Source of the DNA: an uncultured bacterium
Lineage (GTDB): Bacteria; Acidobacteriota; HRBIN11; JAKEFK01
Direction of reading: 5' to 3'
Length of the DNA: 64,000 nt
NCBI GenBank assembly: GCA_963777505.1
Contig: CAVZQN010000004.1
Span: 1,216,001 to 1,280,000, forward strand
Position 1 is the first letter of the stretch; every line of letters begins with the position of its first letter. This document shows positions 50,007 through 59,729 of the stretch, piece after piece. The position numbers were made by a program, and so were the translations under genes. The notes under the pieces were generated by a model that saw only the letters and a list, made by a program, of their open reading frames with translations, was not told where the DNA came from and ran no database searches.

Positions 50007-50772
50007 CTACCAAGCGGTCGCGCCGCCGTCGACCGGGTAATTGGCGCCTGTGATGTAAGACGCCCGGTCAGAAGCGATGAAGGCCGCGAGCTCCGCGAGT
50101 TCTTCGGGTTGACCGAAGCGCTTGAGAAGCGTCTTTCTGGTTATCGCGTCCCGGGAACGTCTGGTTGTCGCCGAGGTCGCGGTCGGCGGCCGGAGTCAGG
50201 AAAGGCCCGGGACTGATCGCCACCGCACGGATCCCATAGCGCGCGCCTTCAAGCGCTAATTGTCGCGTCATGGCGATGACGCCGCCTTTCGCTGTGGCAT
50301 GCGCGACCATCGGGGGGGTCTCGTGGGCGATCATGCCTGAGATGGACGCGACGTTAATGATGACACCTCCACCGCGCCGGACCAGGTGCGGCCATGCGAA
50401 CTTCGACACGAAAAAGGGAATGTCGAGTTCGCCAGTTATGGTCGCCCGCCAGTCATCGATAGAGAAATCAGGCATCGGACCGAAGTATTGGATGGCCGCG
50501 TTGTTTAAGACGACGTCGAGCCCGCCGTAGGCGGCCACGGCATCCTCAACCATCTTCCGCGCCTGTTCGGGGTCGGTGAGATCGATCGGCGCGATGCCAG
50601 TCATCTCACCGCCGGCGCGACGTATGAGCTCGACCGTCTCGTTGTTGGCATCAACCTTGATGTCGCACCCGACAACTTTTGCACCTTCTCGCGCAAAGGT
50701 CTGCGCCGCGACGCGACCGAGACCTCCTCCGGTGCCGGTGATCAGCACGACCTTCTTGTCAAGTATTCCCAT
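50007..50772 (-). CDS. SDR-family oxidoreductase, frameshifted near 50153
   Basis: [14 protein letters not shown] and HATAKGG motifs. The shifted frame continues [10 protein letters not shown]...[15 protein letters not shown]. Confidence 0.88.
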
Positions 50773-50861
50773 AGGTTCCTCCTAGTCTCAAATGTCTCAG
50801 ATGAATTCCTTTCCATCGAGGGTCAACCGAAAAGTGGAACTATTACAACTATAATACTATC

Positions 50862-51432
50862 TTAGGTAATACGTGTCGTTCGCATGGTCTGCAGCGCCTG
50901 GCCCCACGGGACGAGATCATCGAGCATTGCATTGACAGCCGCTTCCTGCTGAGGACGGGGTTTGAATGTCGAGAAATTTTCGAAATCGTTGTACATCGAC
51001 AGGCCGACTTGGGCACGTACGTCGGCGATCTTGATTTCGCCCATGACCAGTCGCAGATTCTCCACGGCGCGGGTTCCACCGACGCCGCCGTAGCCGACAA
51101 ATCCGGCGGCTTTGTCGTTCCACTCGCTGGTAGAGAAAATCAATCGCGTTCTTGAGCGCGCCAGAAGTCGAATGGTTGTACTCCGGTGTAACGAACACGA
51201 ATGCATCGAAGCTCGCGATTTTCGCAGCCCATGCCTTCGTGTGCGGCTTTGAGTACTGGTTCATTATGGGAGGGATCGGTTCATCAAGAAGAGGCAAATC
51301 AAAGTCTGCGATGTCCACAACTTCAAACGATGCGTCGCTCCGTTTCGCGGCGATGTCGTAGACCCAGCGTGCCACGGCTTCGGCCTTGCGGCCGGGCCGA
51401 GTGCTTCCGATAATGATCGCAATTTTCAACAT
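50862..51432 (-). CDS. NADPH-dependent FMN reductase, frameshifted near 51128
   Basis: GSTRPGR and VTPEYNHS...LKNAIDFL, then EWNDKAAGFVGYG in the second frame. Confidence 0.9.
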
Positions 51433-51454
51433 AAATTTCTCCTGTACAGGTACC

Positions 51455-51871
51455 CTACTTACCGATCACGGCTAAGATATCCATTGTACGCTGGCGTCGT
51501 CCCCACGCGACTACGCTCATGACGATCAAGAGAATGATCGCCGCCAGTGGGCTGCCGCCTATGACGAGGTGCGTTATCACTGCGCCCAGCATCACCCCCA
51601 GTAGCAACAATGCGCCGAGACCGCTTAGCCGGGGGACCAGGAGCAGGAGTGCGCCCAGAACTTCCAGTGTCCCGGTCACGTAGCGAAACCACTGACCAAA
51701 CCCAATCGTTTCAAATAAGCCGACCATTTGTGGATCGCCGGAAAGCTTGCCGAAGCCAGCCATCAGAAACATTCCGGCTGCGCCGATCTGTAAAATCCAC
51801 AACGCAACATTAATAATTTTACCGGTCGAATGCGAACCCAACCTACTGTCTTCCGTTATTATTTGTGACAT
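51455..51871 (-). CDS. DoxX-family membrane protein
   Basis: LWILQ...FLMAGFGKL...GQWFRYVTGTLEV...GAVITHL. Confidence 0.9.
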   Translation of the reverse strand: MSQIITEDSRLGSHSTGKIINVALWILQIGAAGMFLMAGFGKLSGDPQMVGLFETIGFGQWFRYVTGTLEVLGALLLLVPRLSGLGALLLLGVMLGAVITHLVIGGSPLAAIILLIVMSVVAWGRRQRTMDILAVIGK

Positions 51872-52076
51872 GCGAATCTCCAGTTAACTCACTTCGCTTT
51901 TTTCGGGTCTTTCCTGATGAACCATTCGAAGATGTTTCAGTTCCTCCTTCACGATCTTTTTCTTGATCAACAATCAATTCGGCTTTATACCAGTCATCTT
52001 CTGACCTCGCTTCCAGACGTCCTCGTTCTTCCCAGAAGCGATACGCTAATTCTGCGATCTTCTGCTCTTTCGTCAT
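51843..52076 (-). CDS. DUF2934 small protein
   Basis: IAELAYRFWEERGR...DDWYKAE; AGGAGG RBS. Confidence 0.8.
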   Translation of the reverse strand: MTKEQKIAELAYRFWEERGRLEARSEDDWYKAELIVDQEKDREGGTETSSNGSSGKTRKKRSELTGDSHVTNNNGRQ

Positions 52077-52199
52077 GTTTCATATTCCTCCTTTCCTAAT
52101 GTTCCATTCGCAAAAAATAAATATCGATACTCTTCGGGTATTCGTATTGAACTTTTTCGCTATTTATTGATGAAAACCGCGGGTTGTAATAAGAACGCG

Positions 52200-52234
52200 G
52201 ATTATTTTCAATAAACCGCAGAAAAATCCAATAC
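52200..52234 (+). promoter_or_regulatory. 35-bp tandem CAATA element, copy 1 (candidate AraC-family site)
   Basis: GATTATTTTCAATAAACCGCAGAAAAATCCAATAC, with CAATA repeated at 20 bp. A mirror pair (TATTG at 52145 and 52165) lies on the other strand. Confidence 0.55.
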
Positions 52235-52244
52235 ATATGAAACG

Positions 52245-52550
52245 AAACACCCCGTGCGTCGGCGCGCGGCCATCGATGAGATCTTCACCGAAGATTGCGA
52301 GTTCTACGAGCCCCGGGGCACCCACCGTGGCCATGACGAGATCGATCGCGTCGCGGGCGCGATCAAGGCTACTCACCCTGACTTTCGCTATCAGCCAATT
52401 GCCGAGCCCGAGGAATTGGGCAATGGCGGGCGGATCCAATGGGTATCAGGTCGCCCTGGTGAGGCGCTAGCTTACGCAGGGACTGATTTCATCATTGCCC
52501 GAGACGGCCGGATTGTCGCCGTTTACCTCTTTTTCGACAAGCTACCCTGA
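52245..52550 (+). pseudogene. SnoaL/NTF2-like protein, apparently 5'-truncated
   Basis: RRRAAIDEIFTEDC...ATHPDFRY...YAGTDFIIARDGRI, with no convincing N-terminus or RBS. Confidence 0.6.
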
Positions 52551-52630
52551 GCCGGACATTCCTGAAGTATTAAGTCGCTCGCCGTTTGCCATTCTTGATT
52601 TGCGTGCTTCTCGTGTTATAAGAAAATGAC

Positions 52631-53407
52631 ATGTCAACGAAGTCCGACAATTACAGTCCAAAGCTAATGGTCATCCTCTCGCGCGCTAACCGTTCCATCG
52701 CGGATTTTCTGGAAAGCGGGCTAGTCATTTACGGAATTCCGTCATCTGATTTTTGGATTCTGGAAGTTCTTTTGCATAAGGGGCCTTTAGCAATCTCCGC
52801 GATTGCACAAAAAGCGCCTGTGACAAACGCTGCTGCAAAGAAAACCGTGAATCGCCTGAAACATCGTGGGCTCGTGAAGTCTGATGGTGAAATGTTCGAA
52901 TTGACTGATGACGGTCGCAAGTTAGTTGCCGGAATTTACGAACAGCACAAAAAAGATATTGAGACTGTGTTGGGCAGTCTTTCTATTGCTCAGCGCAGAC
53001 AACTTCACGAAATGCTGAAAAAAATCGGGTTGGAAGCCGATCGTCTTCAGCGTGAACGTTCCAAAAAAAGAAGAACTGGACTCGCCCCATGGCAGCTAAG
53101 ACGAGCTACAGAATACATTTCTGAGCACTTTGCACAGCCGGCTCGCATGAAAGAAATTGCAAAACAAACAGGGTTGTCAGAATCGCACTTCGGTCGCGCC
53201 TTCAAATTATCAATGGGTATTTCCCCGCATAAGTGGCAGATCAAGGTGCGAATTTCTGAAGCGCAGGAATTGCTGAAAGAAGGCAAGCTTTCCCTTGCAG
53301 AAATTGCCAATGTTACAGGTTTCGCTGAACAGAGTCATTTCACACGCGTCTTCAAAGAAATCCTTGGCGTCTCGCCTGGAATATGGCAGCGTAAGAATCG
53401 TGCATAA
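52631..53407 (+). CDS. MarR-like plus AraC-HTH fusion regulator
   Basis: N-terminal SDFWILEVLLHKGPL...LTDDGR (MarR-like). C-terminal GLAPWQLRRA...GLSESHFGRAFK...GFAEQSHFTRVFK (AraC). Confidence 0.88.
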   Translation: MSTKSDNYSPKLMVILSRANRSIADFLESGLVIYGIPSSDFWILEVLLHKGPLAISAIAQKAPVTNAAAKKTVNRLKHRGLVKSDGEMFELTDDGRKLVAGIYEQHKKDIETVLGSLSIAQRRQLHEMLKKIGLEADRLQRERSKKRRTGLAPWQLRRATEYISEHFAQPARMKEIAKQTGLSESHFGRAFKLSMGISPHKWQIKVRISEAQELLKEGKLSLAEIANVTGFAEQSHFTRVFKEILGVSPGIWQRKNRA

Positions 53408-53433
53408 TTTTTCACCTGCTTTTTTAAAACGCC

Positions 53434-53468
53434 GATTATTTTCAATAAACCGCTGAAAAATTCAATAC
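53434..53468 (+). promoter_or_regulatory. 35-bp tandem CAATA element, copy 2
   Basis: 33 of 35 bases identical to 52200-52234. Confidence 0.55.
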
Positions 53469-53590
53469 CAGAAAAATGCCCCACTCTCTTCTTCTGAATA
53501 TGCAATAGCAATTTCTAATTTATTCGAATTCTGATGAAGCAGGCAATAATAACGCTACAAACTTTAGCGATACTGATGAGAAAATAAAAG

Positions 53591-53692
53591 CAAGCATCGA
53601 TAAGAAGGGAACAATTAAGATTGATCCTTTGGAAGCTCTAGATTCCGCGAGCGCTGACTATTTTTCGCAAGAATTGAAAACGCTGAATTGAT
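53591..53692 (+). repeat. 102-bp direct repeat, copy 2 (orphan 3' gene fragment)
   Basis: Matches 49784-49885 at 101 of 102 positions. Confidence 0.95.
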
Positions 53693-53742
53693 AGCGCGAA
53701 TGCAGCACGAGCCTTACCCATTTTTTCCCGCGACAATATTTT

Positions 53743-54750
53743 TCATAAGATTATGTTGTTTTGTGGATTCAAAACCGGAGGTAAATCGGTTTCCCCAAGC
53801 ATTTCTCTTATATCAATTTCAACAGCCCGGCTCATTTGTGAGATGGGGACATCATTGGCACTCCCTTCAAATGGATTCTCCGTGCTTTCTCCTACCTGCT
53901 CTAATGAGGTAAATACCCAGGAGATCAAAACGCCAAAAGGTATAACCAACCACACCATGTTTCCTTCCAAAAATCCTGTCACACCATCATTGAGGTTATC
54001 GAATTCCGCGAGTAGGCCAAATGGAAGAAGAATGCAAAACAATTTCACAAATAGCCCGTTAATAGTGGCATACTGCCGGGGATAGGGAAAATTCTTAATT
54101 CTCTCGCTCCGGCCCTGTTGCTGAGAAAAGTCCCTCAAGGCACTATGCAGATCCAGGAATCTGAACTCACTCAATGATTCGTCCTCGCGAAATTTTTTCA
54201 GTGTATTGCTTTGCAAACTCAATAATTGAGTTGCCTTGTTTTTAGCGGATAAAATAGATGTTATCTCTACCTGCGAAATGTATTTTATTAATTCTTGCTC
54301 CAATGGCGTTTCCATTTCAGGAATTGAATAATGTCGTTTGTACTCCTTGTTATAACCTTTATTTACATTTTCCCAATTCCTGGGGGCCCTCAGCTGATAA
54401 CGTAAGGCGGTAAGCCATGCCAAATGGCGATTAATGAGCTCCCGAGATTGATCCGCGTTACCAAGGAAATCTCTGCACATCATGACCCACGATCGGCTGG
54501 CGCTCATCGTTGCTCCCCATATTTGCCTCGCCTCCCAGGTGCGATTGTATGTTTCCCGGTTCCTGAAAGTAATAATGAAAGCTGTTGCTGTACCCAGCAA
54601 ACCAATAATCGAAAAGGGAATGGCCAGCCATGTAAGATCAAACAGCTGGTAAAGTATGGTGGGAATAGTATTCAAGACCAAAAGCCAAAAAATGTTTCTT
54701 CTAGTCCAGAAAAGAAACTCACCAAGGTTGTATGTTTTTCCGGCGTGCAT
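53743..54750 (-). CDS. Bestrophin-family channel
   Basis: FRNRETYNRTWEARQIWG, ERIKNFPYP and ENPFEGSANDVP motifs. Confidence 0.9.
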   Translation of the reverse strand: MHAGKTYNLGEFLFWTRRNIFWLLVLNTIPTILYQLFDLTWLAIPFSIIGLLGTATAFIITFRNRETYNRTWEARQIWGATMSASRSWVMMCRDFLGNADQSRELINRHLAWLTALRYQLRAPRNWENVNKGYNKEYKRHYSIPEMETPLEQELIKYISQVEITSILSAKNKATQLLSLQSNTLKKFREDESLSEFRFLDLHSALRDFSQQQGRSERIKNFPYPRQYATINGLFVKLFCILLPFGLLAEFDNLNDGVTGFLEGNMVWLVIPFGVLISWVFTSLEQVGESTENPFEGSANDVPISQMSRAVEIDIREMLGETDLPPVLNPQNNIIL

Positions 54751-54840
54751 GACTTTGTTTTTATAAAGTTGAAGTATCTAGACTACATTTCAATCTACAG
54801 CAACCATTTTAGCCTGAATTTCAAGCGTACAACCGATCGT

Positions 54841-56202
54841 TTATTTGTTCATAAAGAATTTCTTGAGTTCGGCCTTTGTTTCATCTGGGCGTTGTTCCAT
54901 GAGCCAGTGTCCGGTGTCCTCAAATTTTATTGAAATAACATTTTCGGCCGCCATTTTAGCTTGAATTTCAAGCGCTCCACCCATTGCTTTGTCGCCTTCA
55001 ATCGTCAGTACCGGCATTTGCAATTTATTCACAACAAATTTGTGGTTATCTTCCGCATCCACAGTGTTAAAGAGTTTAAACATTTCAAAGGCTGCCCGCA
55101 TGGCACCTTCTTGTGCATAGGAGGTTGCATAAAGCTGACGATCTGCTTCAGAAAAAGTCTCAGGATGTGGCGAAAGACTTTGCCAAAAATGTTCCAGGAA
55201 AATGCGTTCACGTCCTTTAACTAATTCGAGTGCAATCGGACTGTTAACATAATGAAAATGCCACAACGCTGGATTCGTATAAACTTTCTCCCAAACATCA
55301 CCAATGCCTGGAATCGGTGCTTCAAGAAGCGCAAGTTTTTCAACTTCATTCGGATACTGGGCTGCGTACGCATACGCTACCATTAGGCCAATGTCATGTC
55401 CGACAAGATCGATTTTTTCATAACCAAGACTTTTTACCAGTTCACGAATGTCAGTTGCTAATGTCTTTTTGTCATATCCCGTTGTTGGGCGAGAAGAATC
55501 GCCAAGCCCACGCATATCCGGTGCAATAATCGTGTATTCCTTGCCAAATTCATCAAAAAGAGGAATCCACATATGTGAAGTATCGCCAAATCCGTGAATC
55601 AAAACGATTACTTTTTTACCATTTCCAGCTCTTAAATAATGAATTTTTGCCCCATTAACATTTGCAAACTGGGATTGATAATTTTTACTTTTAGCAACCT
55701 CGTTCAATTTAGCGTTCACATATTCTGTGCCAGTTGGACCATAACCACTAATCTGCAGAACGACCGGCTGATCACCAGTTCGTGCGTAATGTGGAATGTT
55801 TGGAGATTCGGTGTAAAAACTGCCTGGTGTCAGAGCTTTAAGTTTCTTTTCATCGAACTGTGTCCCATAGCCAATAAACCATGTTCCCGATATGACAGTG
55901 GCAACTCGATCATCAGGATGATCATGGGCTTCGATATTCGTTTTAGCTGGAACTGTTAGTTGAATTGTATATAAACCAGGTTTAGTGGGTTCGCCTTTTA
56001 AGATGCGAGTTTGAATTCCGCTTACTCCAGAAGTTCCCGCACTTGCGCCAATTTGCTTCATCTGATCAATTTCCTTCGGAGTTAAGCGTTGGTCCGCATT
56101 GACTTCCTGCCCTTCGCTAATTGCAAATAAAGATAGCGAAGAAAAAAGAATAATGAACAATCGCCATGTGAATTTCGTAAAGCATCTCCCTATTGTTCTC
56201 AT
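54841..56202 (-). CDS. Secreted cupin plus alpha/beta-hydrolase (epoxide-hydrolase-like) fusion
   Basis: Signal peptide, cupin (AHDHPDDR...GSFYTESPNIPHYA), then HGFG, GHDIG nucleophile and GHWLMEQ. Confidence 0.85.
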   Translation of the reverse strand: MRTIGRCFTKFTWRLFIILFSSLSLFAISEGQEVNADQRLTPKEIDQMKQIGASAGTSGVSGIQTRILKGEPTKPGLYTIQLTVPAKTNIEAHDHPDDRVATVISGTWFIGYGTQFDEKKLKALTPGSFYTESPNIPHYARTGDQPVVLQISGYGPTGTEYVNAKLNEVAKSKNYQSQFANVNGAKIHYLRAGNGKKVIVLIHGFGDTSHMWIPLFDEFGKEYTIIAPDMRGLGDSSRPTTGYDKKTLATDIRELVKSLGYEKIDLVGHDIGLMVAYAYAAQYPNEVEKLALLEAPIPGIGDVWEKVYTNPALWHFHYVNSPIALELVKGRERIFLEHFWQSLSPHPETFSEADRQLYATSYAQEGAMRAAFEMFKLFNTVDAEDNHKFVVNKLQMPVLTIEGDKAMGGALEIQAKMAAENVISIKFEDTGHWLMEQRPDETKAELKKFFMNK

Positions 56203-56700
56203 CAGAATTTCTCCTTTTTGATTTACGTTGTTAAGAGTTTATAAAGGATGAATGTAAGGGTAGTAGCAAAACATGGATCGACGCACAGAGTATCCTGTTT
56301 ACACTTATTGCCTTTGTCATTTGTATTGCCATGTCATTATGGGACGCGACACTTTCTGGGAAAGAATCTCACCAACGTAGCGCGCGTAAGGCTGAAAGCT
56401 GGCGTTATCTAAACGATGCGGCTGTCTCGGAATAACAGTCTTCAAGATAAAGTATTGCAAAAACTAAATCAGACTGCACTCCAACAAATTACCATTTACT
56501 TAACGCAGCTCACGCATTGCCGGAGTGAAAAGAAGATTGGGAGGGAGCCGAACAACGCACAGGAGGACGAGCTGACTCGACGATATGTCTTTGACTGCCC
56601 ATTTCATAAAAATTAAATTGCTTCCCAGACACTCCAAGCAGGGCAAAAGCAATGTACGCAGTTTCCTTCATATTAAATAGAGCCGTCTCCGTTCTCGTTG

Positions 56701-57996
56701 CTAGCGCAGTGATTTGAATGCTGCGCGTAGTTCTTGCACGAGCAGCTCGGGTTGTTCCCACGCGGCGAAATGGCCGCCTTTGTCGAGTTTGTTGTAATAG
56801 ATAAGTTTTGGATACGCCTTCTCGGTCCAACTCTTTGGGGCTTGATAGAGCTCGTCGGGAAAGGCGCTTACCGCTGTGGGGATTGGCACGTTTTTCGGTG
56901 CAAAGAAAGCGAGCTTGCTTTCCCAATAGAGACGAGCTGAAGAGACCGTCGTATTCGTCAGCCAATAGAGCGTGATGTTGTCCAGGATGTCATCCCGTGT
57001 AAGTCCCTCACGTTGACCGTCAAATACGCGCGCCATGAGTGCCAAACTAGTCGCGTCATGGTCAAGCATCCATGCGGCCATGCCGACCGGCGAATCCGCG
57101 ATCCCGTAGAGCGTTTGGGGACGGTTCGCCATTTCGTTCGCGTAGCCAAGGCCATGCTTATAGAAAAATGCGAGCTGATCGTACGCGTGCTTTTCGTCGG
57201 CCGACAGACCGGACGGAGCCGGCGCATCGGCAGAAGCCGCCGTGTTGATGTCGTTTGGCACAGTGGCAGGCATGTTTGTATGGATGCCGATCAATTCCGG
57301 AGCTCCCAGCAGGGACATCTGTTCCGTGACCGCATTCCCCCAATCGCCGCCTTGCGCCACGAATCGTGTGTATCCCAGGCGCTTCATCAACACTATCCAC
57401 GCACGTGCGATGCGGATTGGATCCCATCCGGTCGTGGAAGGCTTGCCCGAAAATCCGTAGCCCGGCAGTGACGGAATCACGACATCGAAAGCGTCCGATG
57501 CGCTCCCGCCGTCTTCTGCCGGATTCGTCAGCGGATCGATGATCTTTAACTGCTCGATGATCGAACCGGGCCATCCGTGCGTGACGATAATCGGCAACGC
57601 ATTTTTCTGTTTCGAACGAACGTGAATGAAATGAATATCCACCCCATCGATCTGCGTGATGAATTGTGGAAGGGCGTTCAGTTTCGCCTCGCATTTGTGC
57701 CAATCATAATCTGTTGCCCAATAGCGAGCGAGTTTCTGAATCGTCGCGAGCTGTACGCCCTGCGACTGATCCGCGACAGTCTCCTTGTCTGGCCAACGTG
57801 TAGCAGCGATGCGCTTGCGGAGGTCATCGAGATCAGCTTGCGGAGCGTTGAAATGGAAAGGGCGTATTGCGGACACACCACTGGTAGATTCGCTTTTTTG
57901 TTGTTGTGTGAACACCATTTCTATTGGTAAAAAAAGCATAGTTACCGAAAAGCATATAACGATCAGTTTCAAAACCGTTTGCATCTTGAATATCAT
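56701..57996 (-). CDS. Epoxide hydrolase (EHN / microsomal-like) with signal peptide
   Basis: IRPF...LDDLRKRI...RWP (EHN), HGWPGS, PSLPGYGFS, QGGDWG and GGHFAAWEQP motifs; AGGAG RBS. Confidence 0.93.
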   Translation of the reverse strand: MIFKMQTVLKLIVICFSVTMLFLPIEMVFTQQQKSESTSGVSAIRPFHFNAPQADLDDLRKRIAATRWPDKETVADQSQGVQLATIQKLARYWATDYDWHKCEAKLNALPQFITQIDGVDIHFIHVRSKQKNALPIIVTHGWPGSIIEQLKIIDPLTNPAEDGGSASDAFDVVIPSLPGYGFSGKPSTTGWDPIRIARAWIVLMKRLGYTRFVAQGGDWGNAVTEQMSLLGAPELIGIHTNMPATVPNDINTAASADAPAPSGLSADEKHAYDQLAFFYKHGLGYANEMANRPQTLYGIADSPVGMAAWMLDHDATSLALMARVFDGQREGLTRDDILDNITLYWLTNTTVSSARLYWESKLAFFAPKNVPIPTAVSAFPDELYQAPKSWTEKAYPKLIYYNKLDKGGHFAAWEQPELLVQELRAAFKSLR

Positions 57997-58140
57997 TAGT
58001 AACTCCTAAGAATTCTAATTTCTTAATCATTCAGTTTTCGTAACAATCATTGCAAAAAAGCGAAACGCTGCGGTATCGAATGTTCGCCCACTATATATAG
58101 AGCACCCGTATTCCCCATCGTAGGTGAAATAAGGGATTTT

Positions 58141-58164
58141 GATATTGGACTAAAGTCCAATATC
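58141..58164. promoter_or_regulatory. DosR-box-like perfect palindrome GATATTGGACT-AA-AGTCCAATATC
   Basis: Perfect 11-bp arms in the divergent region between the epoxide hydrolase and the catalase-like gene. Confidence 0.7.
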
Positions 58165-58470
58165 CATTCCAAGCAAGCTGGCCACAAAATACATACATCA
58201 CCCTATACAGATGTTAGTTTCGACGCAAATGGACTCAGTACTAGTTGGCAGGGAACTACATTGATCGTATCTTTATTTTAAGAACTTACCTTGGTGATCA
58301 ATGTCATTCGTATGGCACCAAAAGCAGCTTCAATTCAGACGATCCGATGAACCCCGAGGTTCTTACATACAAATCGAGAGAACATTATGAAAATGCGTGG
58401 GGACGCCTCGAGCTTTTCCGAACCGATGAGCGAGGCCGAGATGTCGTTCGCCTGAAAGGAGTTGGCAACA

Positions 58471-59630
58471 ATGACCCAGAAATTTGTGCGTTACAGTCCG
58501 GACGTTGAACAGGAGGAGCCCGATTTCGAACAAACCCTGCAGCAGGTCCTCGATGACATGAAACAGCACATGCGCGGCTCGCTCAAAACCGAGGGGATCG
58601 GGCTTGTGGTGCGCAACGCCCACGCCAAGGGTTACGGTCTTGCCCGGGGAGAATTTGAAATCCTCAGTGGAATGCCGAACGAATATTCGCAGGGCATCTA
58701 CGCCAAACCGGGACGCCACGAAGCCATGGTTCGTTTCTCAAACGGGACCAATCACGTTGGCGGGGATCGGTTCCTTGGACCGATCACCGGCATCGGGCTG
58801 AAGATTTTCGGAATCGAGGGGAAAACTCTTCTGGAAGATGAGCCGGACAGTCACACCTTCGACTATGCGCTGATCAACCACCCGGTCTTCTTCGTCAACA
58901 CGCTCGCGCATTATGTCTTCATTCAGACTTTGTTTGCCAACCTTGGCCTACCGCCGCCAGCGAACCTTACGCCGGAGGAAAGGCAGGCGGCACTCCACCG
59001 CGTTCTCTACAACTTTGTGACGGGCAAGGGCACGCTGCCTCCGGAGCAGTGGGCCTGGGAGGAACTCGGCGCCTTCCTGCATCTCGCGCAAACCAAGCCC
59101 GTGAATCTCCTCCTCTCGACGTATTGGACTATGGGTGCGGTGCGGCATGGCGACTACGTCGCAAAGGTTCGTGTGGCCCCGGTTCAATCGTTCGCCGACC
59201 GCGTTGAACAGCGAGCTCTCGATCTCACTTCTGCCGAACAAGTCTTCCGGCCGGCGCTCGTAGCGGAGCTGCGCAAGCGACCCTACGAGTTCGACATCCA
59301 GGTCCAGCTCTGCACGGATCTGGCTCAAATGCCAGTTGAGAAAACGACAGTACGTTGGCCGAGAGCCTCTCGCCGTATGTGACCGTCGCGAAATTGCGGC
59401 TGCCGCAACAGGATATCGGCGGGGAAGACAATTTCGAGAAGATGGACAAGACTTCGATGGCCGCCTGGCGCGTCACGGAGCAGCACCGTCCGCTCGGCAA
59501 CATCATGCGTTCGCGCAAGGAGGTCTACCGGCAGTCATCGATTCTTCGTCACAAAGCAAACAACCAGGAGCGTAAGGAGCCGAAGAACCTGGCTGAAGTT
59601 TTCGGTGAGCAGATGGCGGCCACCGGGTAG
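58471..59630 (+). CDS. Small catalase-related heme protein (candidate fatty-acid-hydroperoxide-metabolising), frameshifted near 59360
   Basis: AAGGAG RBS. Distal His in RNAHAKGYG, VRFSNG, GLKIFG, distal Asn in LINHPVFF, proximal Tyr in HRPLGNIMRSRKEVY. Confidence 0.85.
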
Positions 59631-59729
59631 CGCATAGCTGACGGACGAGCACCATACGATGAATCAAGCCATCTATGGCAAGCAATCGTTAGTCATTGCG
59701 TTGCCGAGCATTGTTGAAAGGAGACGATT

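Noticed and set aside
56365-56410. attC-like end (GCTGAAAGCTGGCGTTATCT)
   Set aside because: No complementary R'' box or paired L boxes, and no integron integrase in the window.
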